Shown here one piece after another: positions 12,563 through 22,800 of a stretch of 64,000 nucleotides of DNA. Source of the DNA: Mytilus trossulus. Taxonomy: Eukaryota. The notes beneath the pieces were generated by a model. It did not search any database, was not told the origin of the DNA, and saw only the letters and a list, made by a program, of their open reading frames with translations. The position numbers and the translations under genes are program-made. The first letter of the stretch is position 1; each line of letters opens with the position of its first letter. The DNA lies in contig NC_086379.1 of NCBI RefSeq assembly GCF_036588685.1, positions 7,192,001 to 7,256,000 on the forward strand, written 5' to 3'.

Positions 12563-15024
12563 TTAAAGCTCTTGGCTGCAGTTTATAGTATTCTTTCTTT
12601 CCCCTGAGTATATGTTAATATTGAAAACACCACCTGTTATAGTTGCACCTGCAAACATGGCCATTGGGTTGTCATGTTTGTTAGCAGTTTGATTATTTGT
12701 ATTTGATACATTTGCATTTAAATTATTATGAACTAATGTATTTGAGTTTGAAAGTTCACAAGGTTCCTCTGAATCTGATGTCGTCTGTAAATCTGAGTTC
12801 GGCAACATGACCTTAGATATTGTGTGAGAAGCTTGTTGCTGTTGTTCAATAGACGGTACTGAATAATGAGTTAAGGTACTAATGCCTTTCCAGCCTCCTA
12901 ATTGAGCAACTTCATTGGCAGGTCTACCATTTTGAAGTAGTGTGGTAGCAAAAGTTTTACGTCCCGAATGATTAACCTTTCTTCCTTGAAGATCTCCTTT
13001 TTCTGCCATATTTTTTACCATTTTACCTAATTTATCTTTGCCTATGGTTTTGCGAGTGTACCATATTTCCTCATGTTTATTATCTAAAGGCCTCAAATAA
13101 AATCTATGTTCATCAGTTAATGTGTCTTGAGGTCTATGCCGTTTGTATTCCTTGTAAACATGAATAGGGCAATTACTTCCTCCTTCCCCGAAAATCTTTG
13201 GCGTAATATCCCGGAAATCCCTGCTTTTTGCTCCACTACGGGTTTTGGTGCTTCTTTCTGAAAAAAGTATGCTTATGTCAATATTTAAAGAAGAATTATC
13301 CTTCCTGTCTGTACAAAACTTTCACTTTTATATAACAAAAAACATGTATTGCATAGTAAATAAGATTTGTTTTGATAAATATAAAACAATGGTTAATATC
13401 CTTAAAAGCACAAATTACCAACTTTTGTCAGGACTGTTGTACATGTACATCCATTATCCACAGAAGTATATATTCTGTGATTTCTAAAAGATTAAAAATA
13501 GCAACTATTTAAATGATGGAAATCATAACATAATCTCACCATTAAATTCCAAATACTCCTTTCCATCAGATGTAGCTTTTAACTTGACATCTCCCCATGT
13601 CATGTTAACATGGTCTTGTCGACCTCGTAGACCAAAGTATGTTGCATTATTTAAAAACACAGCATTCAGTAATGCATCAGGGTTTTCTGGAAAAAGAAAA
13701 AAAAAGAACTTAACTAAAATACATGTATCTTAATGTAAATATCCAACTTAAAATAGTATTTAAAGGACAAATACTGTATCAAAATGCAAAAGACCTCTGG
13801 AGACACTCTCATTGTTCAAGACCTTATGTGTATTTTAAACATTTTCTATTAGAACAACCATTTAATAATCAGGGATGGATAGAGGGCGACAAGGAAATAA
13901 AATAATTTGTTTGCCACAAGGTTAGAAAAATGTTTAATTAAAAGTTACTGACTGACACGCTGGAATACAACATTTTTTTAAACTTACGTGTTCCAATAAT
14001 TCCTTTCTCCCTCAAGATTTGGATTTCCTCAGTCGTCAAAGGTTCAGCTCTGTTTGGCTTACTGCCCTTGCCCAATGACTTTAATGCCTTTCGCTTCGCT
14101 TCTAATACCCGTCTTGTGTGGTTGAACTCAGGATCCTTTTTAATACTGAAACATTAAAGAAAAGATATGCATAATATCTGACATGTAATTTTTGTATGTA
14201 CATGTTTTATACTTATAGCAAAGAGAAACCAAGGAATATTCATTGTACACAAGCTTAAGATCATCAAAACCACATTGACCCAGATGATATATATAGTTTT
14301 TACCAAAAAAAATGACACAAGGCTAAAATTAAAATATTGGCACTGAATATTCGAGTCATAATGCTTGACAGAATAATGCAAAGGCTATCATGCTATATCA
14401 AGACAAGGGAGTTACATGTCTCACAGATATCAAATAATCTACATGAAAATAATCGTACCTTATACTACTTTTTGAGTCCTTCAAATGTCTATCCAAGCTG
14501 TTGAACATAGAGGATAAAGAGTCAGGCTCATATTCGTCACCATTTTTCTTCAGGACTCCAAGAAAAAATCTTGATAACAGACTGTCCAAGTCTTTGGCAG
14601 GTATTTCCACTGAATCACGCATTTCTCCAACAGATATGAAAAAATCCAGCATCACTTTCAAGTCACTCTTTGTTTTAGTTTTTGTGTTCTTGTTAACACT
14701 TAAAGCTAGAAAAGAGTCAGTGTCTTCATCAGTGACAGAGCGAAACCTCTTGCTACTCGAGCTATTTTCTTTGTCTGATTCGTCAATCTCATGATTCTGT
14801 GCATTTTCAATGTCCTGCAGAATTTCATTTGGGAAGTTGAAATTCGCTGAATCAACTTCTTCCAGAATCAAATTTCCTTCCCCATTGACATCCGCAAGAT
14901 TTCTCTTGATGTACTCTGCCTCCCTATTAGATAAATCGTCGTAGTGAAAATAGTCTTCAACTAACGCATCCATCGCATCATCTATATTTTGTATAGAGCT
15001 ATTGCTCCATCGTTTTGTTGTCAT
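12563..15024 (-). CDS. Crypton-type (DUF3504/ZMYM-QRICH1-like) tyrosine recombinase, 521 aa; exons 15024-14459, 14145-13988, 13686-13540, 13257-12563
   Basis: GT-AG splicing gives a 1566-nt open frame. Motifs: YEPDSL, LEAKRKALKSLGKG..AEPLT, FGLRG (R), STKTR (K), CPI..Y, FYLRP, NHSGR (HxxR), GGW, THY (Y). Confidence 0.9.
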
Positions 15025-15418
15025 TTTCTCCTGTCAGACGACACTAGCCGTAGTTCTCTAGAGTTATCGGGATTTCAACCGATTAGTCTAGAGCTAATCG
15101 AATATGCTAATATTGGGCTTGCTACACCCGGGCCAATACGGAAAAATCCGTATTGGCCTTATAGGACAAAATTATCGATTTGGCAGTTTTACTCGTATTT
15201 AGTCAAATAAGCTCCAGTTAATTAATAATATATATTACAGTATCTAATACACTTATTGTAGAATATATAACACACTTATTATAGTATATAGTATAGTTTG
15301 ATTTGTATGTAACAGTTGCATTGTATTGCTGAGACTTTTGATGGAACTGTCAATGACAAAATGCTTTTCTTTATTTTAAGGTGATGATACTTTTTATCTA
15401 CATTTCCTTATATAGTAT

Positions 15419-17048
15419 TGTAAGCCACCCGAGAGCATCCTGTCCTATACTCGGTAGTTTACTTTAATAACACGTAAATACAATATGTGACTCCTGTAGC
15501 AACTCTACATTTGTATTAAACTTCCTAAATTACTTGTCAGGTATGGTCTTCAGGTTGTTTAATATGTATGTATTGAGCGATCCCTTGTATTCGAGTGTTA
15601 CTGAGCTAATTTTTGTTCCTAACGGCTTTCCATAGTTTTTATGTTTGAACGAGCGTCTTCCAGCATCTTTTGTTTTCATCAGTGTAAATTCATGTTCTTT
15701 TTATATGTATCATAGTTCAATTAAACAAAGTTATCTTTCCAATGTTAACAGTTTTTATTTGCTCACTGTTAAAAGTATGTAACATTATAACATCGTAAAA
15801 CAATATAAATAAACAGTTGCGTTCAAGTGTACTGAATCATAAATCCTTATAAATACATATTTGTGGTGTCCGACGTGGTGGGAGATAGCTTACTGTACAA
15901 AAGACGGCTAATTACATATCATTAAACTTCATTATGTTATCCTTATTCTCACCTAAAGGTTATTGTTACTTTATTTGTTTTCCAAGGTTTGAACTTGCCG
16001 CCAGCAAAACTTTGGGCTATCTGCCATTGCTGAGTGCTCGCGCGTTTATATACTAAATTGTAATTGTCACGTGACATACTAATCCAATGGAAACTTGTCC
16101 TTTCCGGGAAGCCGGAACTATAAAAATTTCAGATAATGAAAAACATGATATACATATCATCTTAAATTGTCCGAACATTGTCCTTATACATAAAATATCA
16201 AAACAAAGCTATAGCATCTGAAATATCGACAAAGAAGCTTGAAATAAACAATCGGACACCACTGCGCGCGCATTGATTTAGCAGACGATCTGCGTAATTA
16301 CATAATACGTAAATAACATACAACATAGTTCATTTCAACCATCTAAATATTTACAATATATTTGTGTCCGGCAGGGTATACTTATTAAAAATCTTATGTG
16401 TGGTATTAAAAATACAATATAAGATCAAATGTTCAGGGGACGAATTGGTATTTAAAGATATCAAAACACATGTTTCGGTCCCCACAAAAATGGCAGACGA
16501 CAAAGTCTCCGTAAATAAACAATTGCAGTTGAAGTAATTTTCTATGTATATCAGGCATATTAGACGTTTAAATATGAATATTTGGTTACAAGAAATGATC
16601 CTTAAATCTGGAATTACATGATATAAAGCATGTAGAAGGTAAGCCATGAGTAATTACATACATTCCCTGCCGTAACACTTGTACAACAAAATGTAAACAA
16701 ATGAAAAATTCATTTCACTTCCAGTGTTTTACGCATTAAAAATGTGTTATCCTTGATAATTGTCAACATCATCTTGAACCTATATACAAACATGAACTAG
16801 AAATTCATATCATAGCTGATGAAATGCTTCCCCCCTTTATATTTGGTAAACAAAAAAATGAAACTTTGGCCTGTGAAATCCATACATAAAAATAGTAAAT
16901 TAATGCCATATCTTTGATTAAAAAAATGTTTTACTTGTTCGTGCGAGCCAAGTTACTATGCGTAAGAACACAACCATCATGTTTAAAAGAATAATATTTC
17001 CTTTTTCTGAATTTATAATATCATAACAAGTACTTCCAATGCCTTACA
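15419..17048 (-). repeat. 3' LTR (1630 bp)
   Basis: Direct repeat of 24920-26549, preceded on the minus strand by the PPT. Confidence 0.97.
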
Positions 17049-17060
17049 CTTCCCCCAACT
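17049..17060 (-). promoter_or_regulatory. Polypurine tract
   Basis: AGTTGGGGGAAG abuts the 3' LTR on the minus strand. Confidence 0.8.
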
Positions 17061-17143
17061 TCAATATATATTAATTCTCCTGAATTAAAAAAAACAGTAT
17101 AACTATGTTATTTAAAAGAATTGTTCATAAATTGTCTTTCTCT

Positions 17144-17656
17144 TCATTGGTCTTCACCAAGTCTAAGTTGTACACCCACGGCATCATTTTTGTTCAAGAT
17201 AATGTCTGTTGATGTGTCTCTCTTTGATGATGACGCTTCAATCATATCAAGCAATTGTAAGGTGGTGGGATCGTCTGTTTTACTCTTAATGATATTGGCA
17301 ATTGCTTGGTACAGATAGTATCTAGACTTAACTGTCATTGTATTGCCCTCTGTTGATTGTGGGGTTTTCGTGCCTGGAAGTGCCAAAAAGTGATACTTTA
17401 ATAGAAGCTCCTCCTTTGAAAATTGAAGCTGTTTCCCGGTGTTTAACTCCAATGCAATGCTAGCATACTCCCAATTGAAATATCTTTGTTCAGGGGTCAT
17501 GTTTTTCCAGTTTTTCGGGGGCCATTTCACTTCAGCTGGTATGGTAATCAAAGTTACGATTTCTTCTTTTTCCCATTCCCTCCTCCCAGCTGGGAAAAGT
17601 GGCATCCCACCTCTCCTTAAAAGTTTGTCTGCTCTTTCACTGGCAGTGTAAAACTG
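17144..17656 (-). CDS. In-frame continuation of ORF3 beyond a single TAA (globular C-terminal domain, GGMPLFPAGRREW..WPPKNWK)
   Basis: Same frame as ORF3; 17 open codons lie between the TAA and the ATG at 17605. Confidence 0.65.
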   Translation of the reverse strand, partial: QFYTASERADKLLRRGGMPLFPAGRREWEKEEIVTLITIPAEVKWPPKNWKNMTPEQRYFNWEYASIALELNTGKQLQFSKEELLLKYHFLALPGTKTPQSTEGNTMTVKSRYYLYQAIANIIKSKTDDPTTLQLLDMIEASSSKRDTSTDIILNKNDAVGVQLRLGEDQ

Positions 17657-19345
17657 TTAACTTTGCAGGTTCTCTCCTTCCTGTAGTCTCATTAGTTCTG
17701 CTTCATTTGACCTGGTTTCTTCTGCTAATCTCTTGGTTTCTGCCTCCTCCTGTCTCCTTAGTTCTTCCTCTTTCATTCTAATTTCCTCATCCTGTTTGTG
17801 TTTTTCCCTTCTCTTTTGTTCTGCCTCCTTTAGTCTGACTTCCTCCTCCTGTTTCTGTTTTTCCTGCTTCTTACGTTCTTCCTCCTTCTGTCTGATCTCC
17901 TCCTGTTCCTGTTTTTCCTTTCTCTTTTGTTCTGCTTCCTTTAGTCTGACTTCCTCCTCCTGTTTCCGTGTTTCCTGCTCCTTATGTTCTTCCTCCTTCC
18001 GTTTAATCTCCTCCTGTTCCTGTTTTTCCTTTCTCTTTTGTTCTGCTTCCTTTAATCTGACTTCCTCCTCCTGTTTCCGTGTTTCCTGCTTCTTATGTTC
18101 TTCCTCCTTCCGTTTGATCTCCTCCTGTTCCTGTTTTTCCTTTCTCTTTTGTTCTGCTTCCTTTAGTCTGACTTCCTCCTCCTGTTTCTGTGTTTCCCGC
18201 TTCTTATGTTCTTCCTCTTTCCGTTTGATCTCCTCCTGTTCCTGTTTTTCCGTTCTCTTTTGTCCTTCCTCTGTTAATGGCATTTCCTCATCCTGTTTCT
18301 TGTAATCCTTTCCTTTCTTTATTTTCTTTGCCTTCTGTTCCTGGTGGTTAGTCTTTTTCTTTCTTTTCTCTACATATCTCTCTTCTTCTTTCTCGGTCGT
18401 CTTTCTACCCTTCTTCTGGCTTGTTGGTTCCTCTAAAATCTCGGGTTCTTCATTGTCGCTGTCGTCTTCTAAAATGATATCCGATGTTGATGGTGTTTTC
18501 AGTGGTGATAGTTGATTTGTGGCGGCTTTTGTCTGTTTTCCTGGGAATAATTCGCCTGATGTTTTTATATCCGTTATATACTCCTCCTTTATTGATAATT
18601 TCCTAGCCACTACAGGAGTCACTATAGACTTTAGTTTACCGTCTATCGATACAGAGAAGGTATGTGATCCTGCGTACTTTGTGTTAACTAGTGCTGTCAT
18701 CCTTCTAATCAGAGCGTCAAGCATTTTTTGGTCTCTAAGAACGGAGTCATTCAAATGGATCATATAAAATCTTATGGACACTCCAAGGTCCAATTTAAAA
18801 ATGGCTGTAGAGTCCCCAAGTCCCAAAGTTAGTTGCTGGAGGGCCAGCCCTTCATAAATAGTGGGGCGTGTTGGTGAGTAAGATCCATTGGGTTTCTCCG
18901 ACTCAACCTCTTCTTCTTGTGTACCTTTTACCATCTCCTTCGGACACTTCCACCCTACAGTCCATTCCTCTTTCTTTCTGTTGGTGTTGTCCACCCTGTT
19001 TAAAAATTCAAGAACCTCAATCCTGGCTTTCATTGCTTCTTGTGAATTCTCATTTGATGGTAGGATTACCTTAGCATATGTCTCTGGATAGTTTGCCATC
19101 CAAAACCCATTGTTTTCGCTCAGGAAGCTATAAGGCATCAGTTCTATTTTACTGCGGTGGTGAGCCATGACATGCTCCTTAAGGTCAACCATCCTCCTGT
19201 AGGACTTCTCCTCAGGACACCAAACACAAATGACCGAAAGCCTTTTGTGTGGGGCAGCTGCCAGATGATTTTTCAGTTGTCTCCTTGTCCTAAACGTCAT
19301 GGGACACAGCCAACACTTTGCCTCAATTTGGGATGATGGTCTCAT
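17657..19345 (-). CDS. Retrotransposon ORF3: two C2H2-type zinc fingers + K/E/Q-rich 40-aa repeat coiled coil
   Basis: 562-aa ORF between pol and the 3' LTR; CWLC..H..H and CVWC..H..HH; about four 120-bp tandem repeats at ~17770-18260. Confidence 0.85.
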   Translation of the reverse strand: MRPSSQIEAKCWLCPMTFRTRRQLKNHLAAAPHKRLSVICVWCPEEKSYRRMVDLKEHVMAHHRSKIELMPYSFLSENNGFWMANYPETYAKVILPSNENSQEAMKARIEVLEFLNRVDNTNRKKEEWTVGWKCPKEMVKGTQEEEVESEKPNGSYSPTRPTIYEGLALQQLTLGLGDSTAIFKLDLGVSIRFYMIHLNDSVLRDQKMLDALIRRMTALVNTKYAGSHTFSVSIDGKLKSIVTPVVARKLSIKEEYITDIKTSGELFPGKQTKAATNQLSPLKTPSTSDIILEDDSDNEEPEILEEPTSQKKGRKTTEKEEERYVEKRKKKTNHQEQKAKKIKKGKDYKKQDEEMPLTEEGQKRTEKQEQEEIKRKEEEHKKRETQKQEEEVRLKEAEQKRKEKQEQEEIKRKEEEHKKQETRKQEEEVRLKEAEQKRKEKQEQEEIKRKEEEHKEQETRKQEEEVRLKEAEQKRKEKQEQEEIRQKEEERKKQEKQKQEEEVRLKEAEQKRREKHKQDEEIRMKEEELRRQEEAETKRLAEETRSNEAELMRLQEGENLQS

Positions 19346-19894
19346 TCTGAAATTGAATCATCAATTATAAATCCCTCCACCATACAACATATATTAATAC
19401 AATACATAATATCATGTAGTGTCCTGTAGTGTGACTATATTTGTTTGTGTGTTTAAAATCCTCCCCCCATATGGCATATGCTGGTAGTAAATGGATCAAG
19501 CTAAGTTTCAGTCTAAAAATATGATATCCACCCCCTTGGTCTCCCTATTTCAAAAATCTCAAGCCTCCTCAAGACAGTAAGTTGTCGTTAATTGCTTTCC
19601 GCCGCGCAACTTGCGCATAAAAAAAACGCTTGGCAGTAGTTTAATCTGCCATTCCCCTGGCAGGAAGATTCATCCTTCCCTTACAGCCAATAATATGTCC
19701 TGAGAAACAATGGCCATTTGTCTCCCTTACATATTCTTCCAGAGTGGATCCAACTCTAGGAATTCCATCATGACTTTCTCCAGTCTGAGAAAAGTCAAAC
19801 AGTTACTCTTAAACATAGTAACTCATCAAAACAATTAAAAACGTAACAACTTGTACAACTAATTTCGGCTATTCAAACAACGTTAAAGGGCATC

Positions 19895-22800
19895 TCAAAC
19901 CTTCCTACTGGAGAACCAAGTGGGCGGATTCCGTCCTTGATAGGGCAGTAGTCTATCAATGTGGTAGACCTTCCCTGGCTGTTTCTTTGACCTTCTCACA
20001 AGGTAAGTGATGTCGTCAATTTTCCTTGTAACAACATATGGTCCTTTCCATTTTGATGTCAACTTATGACAAATTCCCTTTTTCTTCGATGCATCATAAA
20101 GCCATACAGCTTGACCTACTTGTAATTCGCGCTTTACTGCTTTCAAGTCATAGTGACGTTTTTGATACTCAGAATTCTGCTTAAGATGTTTCCTAGCAAG
20201 TACATGTGACTTTGACATTGCGTCCTGTAATTCATTTACATATTTATCTGTTTCAGGGGAAGTGGATTCGTTTGGTCCATCAGGGCGTGGAATAACAGCT
20301 TCCATAGGAAGAAATATGTTTCTGCCAAACATCATCATGTTAGGGGTCTGTCCTGTACTGGCGTGAACTGATGATCTGTATGCCATCATAACCTGTGGCA
20401 AAATCTCATCCCAGTTTCTCTGATCATTTTGACAATAAAATGTTAGCATGCTTAGGAGTGTTCTGTTAAATCTTTCTACGCTTCCGTTGGACTGGGGGTG
20501 TTGACTTGTACTTCTAGTTTTGTCAATTTTAAGTAGATCACACAGATCTTGAAACAGCTTTGCTTCGAAAGACCTTCCTTGATCAGAGTGGAGCTGTAAT
20601 GGTGAACCAAACCTACAAATAAATTCATTCACGATGGTACGGGCAATGGTCAGGGATTCCTGGTCCGGAATAGCATATGCTTCAGTCCATTTAGAAAAGC
20701 AGTCGCAAAGGACCAGAACATAGCGGTTTTGTCGTTTTGTTAACGGAAGTGGACCAAGAATATCAATCGCCACACGTTCCATAGGCTCGCCAACCAAGTA
20801 TTGACCCAATGGAGCCTTGTTCCGCTTCAGTGATTTCCTAGCAGCACACTGGTCACATTCCTTGCAGTACCTTGTGATGGAGCTTTTCATAGCTGGCCAG
20901 TAAAAGAGTTTCTGGATCCTACTTAGCATTTTATCTGGTCCTAAATGACCTGCAGATGGAACGTCATGAAAATACTTGAAGACTGTCTTTTGGTGTGATT
21001 TTGGTACCAGGAGCTGCAATTTGAAGTTGTCTACATCGTCTTTATCAGAACAATAAAATTTTCTATAAAGCATGCCATTGTTTATTGTTAGCCTATCCCA
21101 TTGTCGCCATATTGTCTTCTGGAATGATGTTCCTTTTGATACTTGGTCCCAGTCAGGTTTATTTTTCTTTTCTTGAAGATATGTCACAATGAGTGACATG
21201 TCTAGGTCTTCCAATTGGCTTTGTCTGATACTATCTGGGTCCCATCCATCAATGCAGTAACCACTTGTAGCACTATACTGATTTCCTGTCTGACTTCTTG
21301 TACATACTCGTACTATTTCTATTCTTGGTGTTGGTTCTTCATTTTCGTGTAACTCCTGGTTAACAAAATCAGTTTCTTCCAGTTGGATTTCGTCTGTTTC
21401 ATCGTCGCTTGCGTGGTTTCCAGATTCTTGTCTCTCGCATGATTTACAAGGTCTTCTGGACAGAGCATCGGCATTTGAGTGTTTCCTTCCAGCTCTGTGT
21501 GTTACTGTCAAATTGTAAGTTCCCAGTTCTTCGAGCCATCTGGCTGTTTGACCAGTGGGTTTCTTTAGATTTTTCATCCATGATACAGCTGCGTTATCTG
21601 TGCGCAGCAAAACTTCCTGGCCATATAGATAATGATGAAATGTCTTTAGTGCTATAATTACAGCAAGTAGCTCTTTTCGGGTTACACAGTATGCCTGTTC
21701 ATGTATGTTCATAGATTTGCTCATGTATGCTATGACTCGTTCAAGACCATCTTGAATTTGTGACAACACTGCTCCGACAGCCTTATCACTTGCATCTGTG
21801 TCAAGTATGAATGGCAAATTTGGCAGTGGGTAGGCAAGTACAGGTGTACTTGTTAAAGCGCTTTTCAACTGTTGAAATGCCTTTTGACACTCATCATTCC
21901 AAGCAAAACGGCTATTCTTTTCACAAATTTTGTGCATTGGTCTTGCAATTGCTGCAAATCCCTTAACAAATCGCCTATAGTAAGAGCAAAGTCCTAAAAA
22001 GCTGCGCACCTGTTTTGCAGATTTAGGGACAGGCCAGTCATCTATTGCTTTTGTTTTCTCTAGATCAGTGGAAATTCCCTCCTCGGACACGATATGCCCA
22101 AGGAACCTAACTTGTTTTTGAAAGAAAATGCATTTGGCAGGTTTCAATTTCAGATGTGCGTTTTGTAGACGTATACAGATTCTTTCCAGCCTCCCAAGAC
22201 CCTCTTCAAATGTCGAACTTATTGATATGATGTCGTCCATGTAGAGTAATAGTTCTTTCCACTGTAGCCCTCTGAGAACATTTTCCATCAGACGCTCAAA
22301 AGTAGATGGTGAATTTGCAAGTCCAAAGGGCATGACAGTGAACTGGTATAACCCTAAACTTGTCAGAAATGCGGTCTTTTCCTTGTCTTCAGGAGCCATG
22401 CCGATTTGCCAAAATCCTGAATTTAAGTCCATTGATCCGAAGAATTTTCCCCCAGCGAGCGAGTCGAGGCACTCGTCTACTCTCGGAATCGGGTAGGAAT
22501 CTTTTTTCGTGACGTCATTCAAAATTCTGTAATCAACACAGCACCTAGGGCTGCCATTTTTCTTCATTACAAGGACTATATTTGATGCCCAAGGACTAGA
22601 AGATGGTTCGATGATTCCTTTGTCCAACATCCGATTGACTTCTGATTTTTCCATCTCTTGCTTTCCAAGTGGCATACGTCTAGATCTCTGCCTAAAGGGT
22701 ACTGCATTTCCTGTATTTATTCTATGTGTTACAAGGTCTGTCCTCCCTATGTCATCATCTGTCCTTGAAAATACATTTTGGTACTGTGAAAGGGGTCTGG

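Larger units (their letters stand above)
12198..15229 (-). mobile_element. Putative autonomous Crypton-like DNA transposon (~3.0 kb)
   Basis: The recombinase gene is bounded by a 142-bp palindrome (12199-12340) and a 12-bp inverted pair (TTATTAATTAAC at ~12342 / GTTAATTAATAA at ~15217). ATATATTA occurs at 12190-12197 and 15230-15237. Exact ends are uncertain by a few bp. Confidence 0.7.

Noticed and set aside
12190-15237. ATATATTA as a proven target-site duplication
   Set aside because: Low-complexity AT sequence that could be chance without an empty allele.
16351-16647. 98-aa ORF duplicated at 25852-26148
   Set aside because: Lies within the LTRs, has no recognisable domain, and its duplication is just the LTR pair.
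17733-18305. 190-aa Ser/Cys/Phe-rich plus-strand ORF
   Set aside because: Antisense shadow of the ORF3 K/E repeats.
17657-19345. ORF3 as env
   Set aside because: No signal peptide, fusion peptide or TM anchor is visible.
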